NCBI RefSeq assembly: GCF_006345805.1
Contig: NC_043022.1
Location: 310,001-374,000, forward strand
From: Octopus sinensis
Taxonomy: Eukaryota
DNA: 64,000 bases
Reading direction: 5' to 3'
In this document: positions 23,467 to 37,260 of the stretch, piece after piece
Layout of the letters: the number at the start of each line of letters is the position of its first letter
Position numbering within the stretch: the first letter of the stretch is position 1
Notes under the pieces: model-generated
Database searches by the model: none
Told to the model about the DNA's origin: nothing
The model's input: only the letters and a program-made list of their open reading frames with translations
Made by a program: the position numbers and the translations under genes

Positions 23467-23960
23467 ATATATATATATGTAGGCGCGTATACATATATGC
23501 ACAGGAGTGGCTGTGTAGTAAGTAGCTTGCTTACCAACCACATGGTTCTGGGTTAAGTCCCACTGCGTGGCACCTTGGGCAAGTGTCTTCTACTATAGCC
23601 TCGGGCTAACCAAAGCCTTATGAGTGGATTTGGTAGACGGAAACTGAAAGAAGTCCGTCGTATATATGTATATATATATTTATGTTTGTGTGTGTATATG
23701 TTTGTGTGTCTGTGTTTGTCCCTCCAACATCGCTTGACAACCAATGCTGGTGTGTTTACGTCCCCGTAACTTAGCGGTACGGCAAGAGAGACCGATAGAA
23801 TAAGTACTAGGCTGACAAAGAATAAGTCCTAAGGTCAATTTGCTCGACTAAAGGCGGTGTTCCAGCATGGCCACAGTCAAATGACTGAAACAAGTAAAAG
23901 AGTAAAGAGTAAGAGATTATATATTTGCTTTATGTTTGTTTATTTTCTCCCTTTTTTCAG

Positions 23961-23977
23961 GCATTGGCACCATCTGA
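23961..23977 (+). CDS. Probable terminal coding exon of EMI-EGF gene: (G)IGTI-stop
   Basis: ttttctcccttttttcag| acceptor; phase-1 frame gives GC ATT GGC ACC ATC TGA; AATAAA at 24001-24010 and 24425-24430. Confidence 0.55.
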
Positions 23978-24489
23978 AAGCTAAACCATTAGCGAGTCAA
24001 AATAAATAAAATTCTCCTCAACCGCAGCCGTCATGGATTCTAAACAACAGCCATAACAACAAATCTATCGACTATTACGATCCATTATATAACGCATTAT
24101 ATAATGTCCTCCTAGATACACATAGTCAAAATCCTCACTACCTGGTAATAAAACAACAAATACCGACTCATACAGGACATTGGAAACTTAATCACCGGTC
24201 AATATTAAAACGATCACGATGGGTCATCAATGTAGAGTAATCTCATTGGGTGGTCTCCATAAGACTAAGTTCATCTCTGTATTGCGTGACCACCTCAACA
24301 GGTTATCATAACACAAGATCCCGTGATGACAATCCCATCAACACACTGTCACTTATACATTACACCTTGCTGCGTATATTTTAAGTGTTTATGAATTAGT
24401 TAGCTTTATTAAATTAGTTAAATGAATAAAAATGTATTAAAAGTTATTGTGTTGATCTGTGAATATTAATCCTTCCTTTATAGATACAT

Positions 24490-25450
24490 GCATGTCTGTA
24501 TATATATATATATATATATATGCATGTATATATATGTATGTATATATGTATATATATATATGTAGGTATATAGGTATGTATATATGTATGTCTGTGTGTA
24601 TGTATGCATGTATGTATAAATATATGCATGTATGCATGCATGTTTTATATATGTATGTATATATGTATGTGTGTGTATATATATGCATGTATGCATATAT
24701 ATGCATTATGTATATATATAAGTATATATGTATGTATGCATGTATGTATATATGTATGTATGCAGGTATGCATGCATGTATGTATATATGTATGCATGTA
24801 TGTAGATATGTATGTATGCATGCATGTTTGTATATATGTATGTCTGTGTGTATTTATGCATGTATGTATATATGTATGTATGCAGGTATGCATGCATGTA
24901 TATATGTATGTATGATTGTATGTATGTATGCATGCATGTATATATATGTATGTATGCATGTATGTATATATGTATGTATGCAGGTATGCATGCATGTATG
25001 TATATATGTATGCATGTATGTAGATATGTATGTATGCATGCATGTTTGTATATATGTATGTCTGTGTGTATTTATGCATGTATGTATATATATATGTATG
25101 TAGTTATGCATGGATGTATGTATGTATATTTGTATGTATGTATGCAAGCATGTATGTATATATGTATGTATGATTGTATGTATGTATGCATGTATATATG
25201 TATGTATGCAGGTATTGATGCATGTATGTATGTATATATGTATATATGCATGTATGTATTTATATATGCATGTATGTATATATGCAGGTATGCATGTATG
25301 TATCTATGCATACATGCATATGTATGCATGCATGTATATATATGTATGTATATATGTATGTATGTATATATGCATGTCAATGTGCATGTATGCATGCAGG
25401 TATGCATTCATGTTTGTATGTATGTATGCATGCATGCAGGTATGTGTACA
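24490..25450. repeat. Complex (TATG/CATG/TA)n microsatellite with higher-order duplication
   Basis: Tetranucleotide mosaic; block gtatgtctgtgtgtatttatgcatg repeated at ~24838 and ~25056. Confidence 0.9.
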
Positions 25451-26202
25451 TATAGACAAATGTGTGTGTGTAAGAAAGTATGTAATGAACTCTTCATTAA
25501 TGTACAGCTGTTTCTGCAGGCCAATATGCATTGGGTGCCGGTGCAAGCAGGGATGAGTCGAATTTAGGAGATGCCATTTCGTTTTTCTGTGTTCCGCTTG
25601 TCGGACAAGCCGGTTTGCGGTTAACGTTTGGAGGCCGTGTGGAGGATCGGGAATGCTGTTGTTTACGTTACCCTGAGGTTTCGACCTATCCAGCATTTCC
25701 TTGAGATGAGAAGGTGGTGGTGGTGGTGGTGGGGGTTGTTGCGGTGGTGGTGGTGATGGTAGTGGTGGTGGTGGTGGTTGTTGTTGTGGTAGTGGTGGTT
25801 GTTGTTGCAATGGTTTGTTGTGGTGGTGATGATGGTATCATCGTTTGTCAAACTCCTATTTTGCACAGGCTTGTCTCTCTCTCTCTTTCTCTCTCTCCCA
25901 GACTAAAATGTTTTCCCGGACCGATCTTAGACTGAGATATGACACGAATTACGTAAAACGCTTACAGCCTTCTGCTAGTCGAGCGATGCTGTCGCGAAAC
26001 GTTATAGCTCGGCGCTCCGTAAAGTTTTGATTAGCAGCAAGTGCAACAGCGTTCACGAAGTAAGTCTTGGCGGCGTCAGAATTCAACTAACTGTACAGAT
26101 CAGGAGGATTTTCGGTCGAGAGTCTATGTATCACTTCTTAAATATATAATCCGGCAGTGTTAACAGAGAGTATTTGCTGATTCTGATAAACGTTACAGGT
26201 AG

Positions 26203-26823
26203 AGAAGTGACCGAGCTTGCCCGAGAGGGACGAAGACCGGTGGAAGTGACCGAGCTTGCCCGAGAGGGACAAAGACAGGCAGAAGTGACCGAGCTTGCCC
26301 GAGAGAAAGGAAGACCGGCGGAAGTGACAGAGCTTGCCCGAGAGGGACGAAGACCGGCGGAAGTGACCGAGCTTGCCCGAGAGAGGAAGACCGGCGGAAG
26401 TGACCGAGCTTGCCCGAGAGAGAGGAAGACCGGCGGAAGTGACTGAGCTTGTCCAAGAGGGACGAAGACCGGCGGAAGTGACCGAGCTTGCCCGAGAGGA
26501 CAAAGACAGGCGGAAGTGACCGAGCTTGCCCGAGAGGGACGAAGACCGGCGGAAGTGAGCGAGCTTGCCCGAGAGAGAGGAAGACCGGCGGAAGTGACCG
26601 AGCTTGCCCGAGAGAGGAAGACCGGCGGAAGTGACCGAGCTTGCCCGAGAGAGAGGAAGACCGGCGGAAGTGACTGAGCTTGTCCAAGAGGGACGAAGAC
26701 CGGCGGAAGTGACCGAGCTTGCCCGACAGAGAGGAAGACCGGCGGAAGTGACCAAGCTGCCCGAGAGGGATGAAGACCAGGGGAAGTAACCGAGCTGCCC
26801 GAGAAGGATGAAGACCGGCGGAA
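26203..26823 (+). repeat. GC-rich ~39-bp (37-39) minisatellite, ~16 units
   Basis: Unit gaagtgaccgagcttgcccgagagggacgaagaccggcg. Confidence 0.92.
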
Positions 26824-26865
26824 TACATATCCGTAGATATTTTTTCATCATTGCATTGCCTTTAA

Positions 26866-27932
26866 CCCTTTCGTTACCAAACCGCCCGAAAAAAATTTTG
26901 GTTAATGTGACCAAGCCGCCCAAAACCGCCCGAATTTACCTATTCATATTTAAATGAGAATATCAGAGCAAATCTCTTTAGTACATTCGTGAAAACACGT
27001 ATTATACTTCGTAAAGAGTTCAACTACAGTTTTGTACAAAAATCGAAGTGTAATTTTAATTCCGTGAATTTTGGGAGATTTTTTTCCGAAATTTGTTCCT
27101 ATTGTGTTTTCAAAATTTGTAATTCTGACAAAAAATGGATACGAATTTCATTATATCAAGCAGCGAGTCAGAATTCGAAGGATTTTCTACTGAAGACCTT
27201 CATAAATCTAACTCTATGACTGAAAAAAAAAAGCATGTGGTATTTGATAATGAATCTGATGTTTCATTTTCCGAAAGTGAAAACAGTGAATCCGAGAGCT
27301 CCGACAGCGATAAAGAAAATGAATTGGCACCCGAATGGAGTGAAAATTTAGAAACTGTTTCTTTCAGTGATTTTTCTGAAGAAACTGGACCAAGCCACAG
27401 ACTTTCCCAGAAGAGTAAAGCCTTAGACTATTTCTTTTTACTTTTTCGAATGAGCCTATTTGAAATCATTACGGCGAAAACGAACCGTTACGCTAAATGT
27501 AAACAAAACAATAGTTAGTGGTTTCCCATAACCTTAAATGAAATTAAGACTATTTTGCCATAAATATTATTATGGGTATCAGAAAGTTACCCAGAATAAC
27601 AAATTCTATCGTAAAATGTTGTTGTATACCCAATTGAATATTAGCTAATAACCCATTTTCTATAGCGATGTTTGAACAAAATTTTAATAATTTTATATTT
27701 TGTTGAATTTACCTGTATCTACCGGCAATTAGAGTCACTTTGTGACAAAAATTATAGTATAGAATTGGTTGAGAACATTTCATTAAATTATCTTCCAAAA
27801 ATGAAATTAATATATTGATAAATAAAAAAGTTATAGTTGTTTAATGAAACCAGACTAAATTTATGATTACATTAGAAATTAATTGAAACACATAAGGGGT
27901 GTATTTTGGTCAGAAATATAGTAACGAAAGGG
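26866..27932 (+). mobile_element. Internally deleted piggyBac element
   Basis: TTAA at 26862-65 and 27933-36; 12-bp TIR CCCTTTCGTTAC/GTAACGAAAGGG; ORF 27135-27518 acidic N-terminus then GPS..ALDYFFLLF..TNRYA as in PGBD transposases. Confidence 0.92.
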
Positions 27933-29849
27933 TTAAATAAAATGTACTCATCCTGGCTAGTATTGATCCAAATAAATAACCAATGCTTACTTTCAATCTA
28001 AAAAACAAGAAAAATCAAACACAGAACAAAAAAATAAAGACTTCTTCCACACAAACAGAGAAAAAAGTGAAGTTAAAAATAGATTGGAATCCTTTCATTT
28101 TCTACATCTTCCTAACCGGTTTCACAACTTTGTGATAATCATAGATAAAAATAAAGTAAATGGTGTTAATAGTAAGATGAATAAGAGAGGGAAAATTTTT
28201 TTAAATATAGGTAGGTAACGTTTATATAGAAATAGTTTGATGCTTTTATATTATACTGTTCTAACAAGATAAGTTATTTGGATACATTTTGGATTTCTTA
28301 ATAACTATACTTGCTTTACTCATCCATATTTGATTGGTAGTATTCTCAACTCAATGGTTAAATGGGAAACCCTAGGCTTTTCAGAACTTATTTACTGCAC
28401 ATAAATTCAAATTTTCTCTAATGAGCTTTTGTACCCTTCTTTGTTGATGAAAATAAGTTTTCCTCCAGGTTAATCCTGCTTATGTAACCTTCATTACATT
28501 AAGTGAGATAAATTTTCTGTTGCACAAATTGTCCTGATTTAAATTCACGGACCTTCAATAAAGATAAAACAGGGTCTGCTGTTGAAGGGCATCTGCAAAC
28601 ATTCATATATACTCAGTGTTTTAAATTAAGTTCAGAGCATGGGTGTGTGTGTGTTTGCAAGCCTATAGTCTGAAGTCTCAAGTCAAAATGAGATCATACT
28701 GCTATATTTTCCAGCATGCAAGTTATTTTTACTACTACACCACATTTCAGACCTATGTATTTTTTTGTTCCAGTTTTATTTTTTTCAAATTTTTTTTTAT
28801 TATTATTATTATTTGGTATTTCAAGAAATGTGAACACATTCATCCATCCGTTTATCACGAAATACCAGCAATATAAACATACTGCCCCAATCAGTACGCC
28901 AGGCTATCTGATGAAAATGTGAATGTATTCAATTTGACATGAAAAATAATAGTTCATTTTGGAAAATGACTTGAGCATTTTTTTGTTTTTGTAAAAAGGT
29001 GCCAATTATATGAGCGGCAGAACCTTAGGATGAAGAAGGAATGGTGGAAGTAACAGGTTTTGTCATATCTGAAGATTTTTTTTTTTTGTTTTGTTTTGTT
29101 TCTTCTTTCCTTTTTTTTTCTTTACCTACCCCTACCCCCCCCCAAAAAAAAGGGGGGGTAGGGGTAGGTGGGAAGTAGGTCAATTTATACTCCAAGATGA
29201 CTTTGAAGGACCAACAATTTCATGTGAAATGCCACGTCTATATACTACATTGGCTTGTAAGCTGGAAAATATGGTGACCCATTTGTTACATTATTTGTAT
29301 TAAAGTATGCTACCTTTGTTTTAATTAATTCTGGAAATAATGAAGAATTTTTGAAGGTAAGTTTGTCGTTAATCTGGTGTTTGGAATATAAATTAGCAAG
29401 AAATTTTGATGGAAGGTTTTTTTTTAATAGAGAAGGTTTGATCATAGAACCAAAGCTAGACTCAGGCAGGTTCGTATCAAAAAAAGGTCAAAGCAATCAA
29501 CACAACACAATCAATAAATAATCTTTTAATTAATTATGAAACTGCTGGAGTTACAAGGATAAGTTGTTGGGTTTTAAAAAAAAAATGGGGACTGGGTAAA
29601 TAGTAGGAAAAGGGGGAAAATAACAGTAGACGAAAGAGTCTTTCATCAAGAGACTGAAACGAGGTCACGACTGAACGTCATTTGTCAAGGAAGTTTTCAT
29701 TGGCTCCAATATTCTCCAACCCAAAATAACATTGTCCAGTGAATGGTTTTGTTAACCTTCAACACTTTGGTACAACCTCTCCTTCATGGACCTACATTCT
29801 TGTTTTAAGAAACAAATCATTTCTGAAACCATGAATAATAAAAACTAAT

Positions 29850-32070
29850 AATAATAACAATAATTTCAAATTTTGGTACAAAGGCCACCTATTCAGGGGA
29901 GGTGGGGTAAGTTGATTACATCAACCCAGTATCCAACTGGTACTTATTTTATCCATCCCAAAAAGGATGAGAGGTAAAGTGAGCTTTGGCAGAATTTGAA
30001 CTCAGAACGTAAAAACTGAAATGCCGTTTATCATTTCGCCCAGCATGCTAAAGATTCTGTTAGCTCGCCATCCTAACAATAATAATAATAATCCTTTCTA
30101 CTATAGGCACAAGGCCTGGATTTTGTGAGGAGGGAGTACAGTCAATCACATCAACCCCAGTACTCAACAGGTACTTAATTTATCAACCCTGAAAAGATGA
30201 AAGACTAAGTCAACCTCGGTGGAATTTGAACTCAGAATGTAAAGACAGACAAACTGCTGTTAAGCATTTCGCCCAGCATGCTAATGATTCTGCCAGCACA
30301 CCACCTTAATAATGATAGTAATACTTCTAATTTTGGCACAAGGCCAACAATTTTGATGAGAGGGGGTAAGTAAATTACATCAACCCCCAGCACTCAACTG
30401 GTACTTGAGCCAGATGAAATGCCACCAAAGCATTGTTGTCCAGTGCCACAACAATTCTGCTTGCTCACTACCTTAATAATAATTATAATCCTTTCTATTA
30501 AAGGCACAAGGCCTGAAGTTTTGGGCGAGGGGTTAAGTTGATTACATTGACCCCAGTACTCCACTGGTACTTAATTTATCAACCTCAAAAGGATGAAAGG
30601 CAAATCTGACCTCGGTGGAATTTGAACTCAGAATGTAAAGACAAGCGAAATGCCACTACGCATTTTACCTGGCATGCTAACAATTTTGCCAGCTCACTGC
30701 ATTAATGATAATAATAGTAATGAGAGCACTAAGAGAGTGCAAACCTTTGCCAAGACAACACCAATGGTTTCACAATGATAAGCCAGAGATGATTTTTAAA
30801 ATGAGAATATCTGAAGTAAACTCAACTGCTCTCACAAACAAGAATACTAAAGATGAACCTGACTGCTCTTAAAAATTAAGTAAAAAATAAGCCAGAATCC
30901 TTGTCCAGTATTGGATTGATCCCAAAATTTAATCAGTTTGTGCCAGTCATGAAGCCAAACATCCTTGAAAGTTTCATCCAAATCCATCCAGTGGTTCTTG
31001 AAGTATCTTGTCCATGGACAAACAAATACGGCTGAAAACAATACCTCTGCCTTCACTAAGGCAGTGGTGGTAATAATAATAATCCTTTCTACTCTAGGCA
31101 CAAGGCTTGAAATTTTGGAGGAGGGGATAAGTCAATTTCACTGGTACTTATTTATTGACCCCAAAAGGATGAAAGGCAAAGCTGAACTTGGTAGAATTTG
31201 AAATCAGAATGTAGGGCAAAATACTGCTAAGCACATCACCCAGTGTGCTAATGATTCTGCCAGTTCGCCACCTTAGTAGTAGTAATAATAGCAACAACTT
31301 TTTCTACTTTGGGTCAAAAGCCTGAAATTTGGTGGGAAGAAGCTAGCTGACTACACCAACCCTAGTGCTTAACTGGTATTTTATTCTATTGAAACTGAAA
31401 GGAAGAAATCAAAATCAGTCTTGATGGGAACTGAACTCAGAACATGAAGAGCTGAAAGAAATCTCAATATTTTTTCCAATGTCTTCACCATTCTACTAAC
31501 TCACAGCCTTAATAATAATAATAAACCTTTCTACTACAGGCACAAGGCCTGAAATTTGGGGGGAAGGGTTTAGTCGATTATATTGAACCCAGTAGTCAAC
31601 TGGTACTTAATTTATTGACCCTGAAAAGATGAAAGGCAAAGTCAACTTAAGTGGAATTTGAACACAGAGACAAGCAAAATACTGCTAACAATTCTGCCAG
31701 CTCACCACCTTAAATAATAATAATAATAATAATCCTTTTTATTATCAAAACAAGGCCTGAGATTTTCGGGGAGGGAACGGGGTAAGTCAATTGCATTGAT
31801 CCCAGTACCTAACTGGTACTTATTTAATCAACCCCGAAAGGATGGAAGGCAAAGATAACCGGGGCAAAATTTGAACTCAAAACATAGCAGCAGACAAAAT
31901 ACAGCTAAGCATTTCGCCCAGCCTACAAACGATTCTGCCAGATTGACAATAATAATAATAATAATATTAATAATGGTTTCAAATTTGGGCACCAGGTCAG
32001 CCTGAAAGGATGTAAGGCAAAGTAAAGTTTGGTAGGATTTGAACTCAGAATGTAAAGAGCTGTAACTAAA
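29850..32070 (-). mobile_element. Head-to-tail stack of ~9 diverged SINE-C copies separated by (AAT)n
   Basis: Motifs aactggtactta..aaaggatgaaaggcaaag..gaatttgaactcagaa recur about every 200-230 bp, same orientation. Confidence 0.85.
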
Positions 32071-33239
32071 CATCAGAAGGCAACATGTACAATGCTTTAC
32101 TATTTCTGCCTGTCTGCATATTCCTGGGTCTTCTCAAGCAACTCATAGTGCAGTCTTCATCCCTGCGAGATACTTTCTCCTCTGCCATGACCATGTAGCA
32201 TATGGTTAACCAATATGAGTGATCAAACCCAGCCAGATCCTCATTTGTATATTCCCATGTCTTTCCAGGCAACTTATAACAGCAGTTGTCCCAATCAGTC
32301 TCCATTTCCACAAGATACCTCCTTGTCTGTCTTGACCATGTGGTATGTGGTCAACCAACATGAGCCGCCAACCCAGTCAGATCCTTTGCCAAGAGAACAC
32401 AGTAAGCAGGGTTTGTCTAACTCAGAAAATCAACAACATCGCCAAACAGTCTAAGCAGGCAGTCTGTCAACCCACAGCCCTTAACACCTTATTTTGTCAC
32501 AAGGCCATAAATTTATAGGATAGGGAAGAATGTAGATGATTGAGTCAACCCTGGTGAATAACTGGTATTGGTTAAAAAATGCAAAGTTATCTTCAGCAGC
32601 ATTTAAACTTTGAATGCAAAGGGTGGATGTACAAAAATACATTTCTCGTTTTATTATCTTTTACTTGTTTTAGTCATTAGACTGCGGCCATGCTGGGGCA
32701 CTGCCTTGTCAAACGAATCAACCCCAGTACTTTTGTTTTTAAAGCCTGGTACTTATTCTATAGGTTTCATTTGCCAAACTGCTAAGTTACCAGTACGTAA
32801 ACACACCAACAAGCTTGTCAAGTGGTGGAGGAGGACAAATACAAACACACACACACATGACAGGCTCTTTTCAGTTTCCAGCTACCAAATCCACCCACAG
32901 AAAACACTCACTGAAGGTACCACACAGTGGGACTGAACCCAGAACCATGTGGCTGGGAAGCAAGCTTCTTACCACACAGCCACCCCTGTGCCCATTTATT
33001 TATTATTTTCTTTTTCTTTTTCTTTTTTACTGGAAGAAGGAAGCAGTGCCCTTAACTTTTGCAGGTCCTCCAAGATGGCTGAGCTTCATCTTATTTATAT
33101 TCCATTCAAAATGCTGCAAATCAAATATTGCTGAGATTTACTTTGGGGTCCCATCGTTTTCAAAGTCAATAAAATAAGCACCAGTGGAGCACTAAGGGTC
33201 AATATAATTTCAGGCCTTATGCCCGTTGTAGCAGAAAGA

Positions 33240-33271
<32 letters not shown>

Positions 33272-36200
33272 CTCTTAGCCAGGAACCATGGAAAATAGAA
33301 GATGATGAGGATGCAATATTCATGCTTTTCCCTGTCAGGGAACGATACATGCAAAATAAATTTTTTAAAATTCCAGCTAAGAATCAAAGCAACCACATTG
33401 ATAGACATGGCCTCAGTTCTCTAAATTTAAATTAAATAAAATTAATAATAAGAATAACAATTTTTTATTTTTTTAAACCAAAAATATAATCTTTTCTTAA
33501 TGAATCATTTGAACCAAAGAAGGACAAAAAAAAAAGGAAAAAGAATACTGAGAACTGAAAAAATGCAGAGGGAAAGGGAGTTTGAAACCTCAGATGCATA
33601 AGAATAAATAAAAATATTAGCTTACTGAGCAATGAAACATTATTACAACCGTATGTGATGTCAAGACCGACAGCAGCCACTTTCATCTGCTAGAAATAGC
33701 AACCAAATTCCCTCAAGTTACATCCAACTATCTTAAAACAGAAAGAATGTGTTATATACAATGTAGTCCCTAAAATACCTTTTGTTATATCCCTGCCTAA
33801 TCAAAATCCAGGGACCCCCACTTCTTTTCTCTCTTTTTACATTTGTTGTTGCTGTTGGCTCTCCAAATTGGCCCCATTTTGAGAAGACTTATAATCAAAG
33901 GCATTCTAGCCATGACCATCCCATCTCATTCAGGAATATAACATTTCAAACTATGAACTGTCATTTTCTAAAAATGTAGGGTACATTTGAGGTAAATTTG
34001 ACTGCTATTTCTAGCAGATCTAGACATCATGTAGAAGCTCTTTCACTCGTTTCCTCTTCACTTCTGAGAAAGGATTGAGAAACCAAAAAAAAAAAAACAT
34101 TAAAAAAACCGACCAGTTTAGAGTGATTAGCCCAATTGTAGCAATTACTACCTGAACCCTTACTTCCCCCTCTGTGTCTAAGTGTAGGCCTCTTTTAGAG
34201 GGGTTAACACATTTCATGTAAAGGTTTTGCATAAACCTCCCTTCTAATTGCTCCCTTGAGTGTTATAAAGCTATACATAAGCATTGTGCATATTAAACGA
34301 GCTCGTTAACTTGCCCAAACCCCCTCCAAAACAAAAAGGGGTAACACAGTGACCTTCTCTCTTCCCAGCTTCCCTGAATTCAGGATGGCTACAGGGAGCT
34401 CACAATTAGAATTTAACAACATATATAATAAACAGTTGGATAATTTAAGTAGAAAAGCTGTAGTGGGTGGTGGCAGTGGTGGGATAACGCAATGGAGTGT
34501 GTTGAGTGTGATGTGATGCAATGGGAGCGTTATGCAACAGAGGTGTAGCGTAGTGTTGTGGCAGTGGTATGGTGTGGTGTGACGGTAGCTGTAGTGTAAT
34601 ATGACAGAAGCGTAATGTGATAGTAGTAGTAGTAGTAGTATAGGAGTATGTGCTGTAACAGAGCATTGTAGCATCCACCATTTGTTAGTGGTTCCCTATT
34701 CTTGGTAGATGACACCCTTGCACCACTCAGCTGACAACCCTCCAATGCATGGGTCTGTTTGAGTAGCCGTCGCTGGTGAGGGTCCAGTTGTAGGGTAACA
34801 TGATGCTGGCAGTTGCAGTGTAGTGTAGTGTGTGTTGTAAGTGTAGTAGTAGTGTCGTGAGATGCAGAAATAAACGTAATTTCCTCCTGCAAAAAATAAC
34901 CAGAAACCAAATAAACAGATTCGTACCCAAAAACACCCATGAAAAAAAAAAAGAAAAATACAGAAAAAGTGAGAGAATTCAATTAACACAGAAACTTTTT
35001 AAATGAATCTTAAATGTAAATAAATGATAAATCAAATTTAACCAGGTAATAAATAAATATCAAGAAGTAAAAAGAAAAAGCAAAATTATTGAAATTACCT
35101 CTCAAAAACAACAAAAAAAAATCAGAACAGGAAACAAATTTGTAAAAACAATGATGGGGAAAAAAGAAAAAATACAAAAAAAGAAAATAGACACAAATTG
35201 CATAAAGATAAGTAGAATATGTGTTATAGTCAGTGGTTGAGAGAGTATGACTCCTCTCACTTGCAACGTCTTCTTATCTCAGCATTTAGAAACAAACCAA
35301 AAAAGAAGAAAAAAAAAAAAGAACCCCTTTGTTTTTACCTCCCAATCACAGACTGAAGGGGTTTTAAAACACTTTAACTGCAAAATATAATTTCATATGT
35401 CTATTGTTTTGCAGGATTCTTGATGTAAAAATGTGTGGCAAAAGATGATCATCCGCAAATGTAACAAGAATTTCATGCTTTTTCCACAAATGATGTTAAA
35501 TAATACCCAAAAAATAGAATTGATATTTTCGGTTAAGTCCCATTGCTTTGATAAACTTGACATATCCCAACAGAAAATAGTTCCAACAGGTTGGAATATA
35601 CAATTCCTTTCCACAGTTAAGAGTTGTGAAATTTCCGCAGCAGCAAAAGAGTTTACAGTTGCTATTACCAGGATGTTTTTACAAATGAATTCAAAGACCA
35701 AGTATTCAGCGGTACAACAGTGCGAAGTTATAGTCATTGTGCTGATTGTTTTGTTTATTTGTTTGTCTAGTATCGTTTATAATTGTTTTTGTTGTTGCAT
35801 TTGTTACTTTCCTCCATGTTTTATGTATTTCGAGTCATGTTTGTAACTCTTTCCCTTAATTTTTTATTTTTTTATATTTTTAACCAAAGAAACCCCACAT
35901 TATCAACAATTTTGACAAAATTAATTAACATAGGTGCCACATGTTATTTACATGTGAACTAGTCCAAAATAATTATTGGCCACAATACATACTTTTTAGG
36001 GGGCCAAAGTGGTTGTCATCTTTCTTGCTTTCATTCAGAAACTAAACGAACACATTGCAAAAAGGGGACACTTCCAGTTGGTATGTGTGCACATTCATTC
36101 ATGCAAACACATGCATATATAAGGGGACAGGTATTCAAACATACATACACAAACATATAGCCACACATATACATGCATATGTACACAAGTATGCATCTAT

Positions 36201-36344
36201 ATGTGTATATCACTTCCTTATGTATATATATGTGTGTGTGTGTATAATCATTCACAAATATTCATTTTTCCACTCAAGGAAATGTTGGATTTTTCCTTCT
36301 GCAAATTGTCAAACATGAAAATCATACACACACACACACACACA

Positions 36345-36375
<31 letters not shown>

Positions 36376-36636
36376 AACGAGCAAACTTTGTTTTGGCAAC
36401 TTTCACTTTCTCTTTCTTTCTATGTTCAATTTAAAAAAAAAAATTCTTAAAAATTTCTTCACAAATCTTCTGTGAAGAATTCTGCCCAAGAATTTGACAG
36501 AATGTGTCTCAAAGACAACTTATTAATCGTTCCTCATTGATTAGTGTTCGTACACTCAAGAATGTCGGCTACCTTTGTTTAACAGACCTGATCTGGATAG
36601 GAAAGAATATTGTCCCAGGGAACTGAGTAACACTTT

Positions 36637-37260
36637 CTTTCTTAACAAACCAGGTCATTCATAATATATATATATATATATATATATACGCACACACATA
36701 TACATATACACACACAGATGTATAGACACATACATACATGCATACACATATAAGTAGATAAAGATGCAGGGTCTAACACTTTCTGTCTGAGCAAGCCAGA
36801 GCATTTAAAATATATATCATATATACATAAGCACACACACACTCACACATATATATACACTTACACATATATATAAGTAGATAGAGATGCAGGTATAACA
36901 CCACACACATACACACACATATATATAAGTAGATAGAGATGTAGAGTATAACACCTCCTTAACAAGCCAGACCATTTATAATATATATATACTATATACA
37001 CATACACACCCATACACACACACACGCATATAAGTAGATAGAGATGCAGGGGTATAACACTTTCTTTCTTAACAAGCCAGATCATTTATGATTATATATA
37101 TATATCTTATAAACATATGTAGACACACACACATATTCATATATATATATATACATATATACATAAGTAGAGATGCAGGGTGTAACACTTTCTTTCTTAA
37201 CAACTTACACCATTTATAATATATTATATGTACACACACACACACACATATATATCTGCG
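36637..37260. repeat. Degenerate tandem repeat (ataagtagatagagatgcagg..taacac..ttaacaagccaga) interleaved with CA/TA tracts
   Basis: Motif recurs ~5 times. Confidence 0.7.

Noticed and set aside
26203-26823. CRISPR-like array of ~37-39-bp repeats
   Set aside because: Units are contiguous with no unique spacers, the context is eukaryotic, and no cas genes are present
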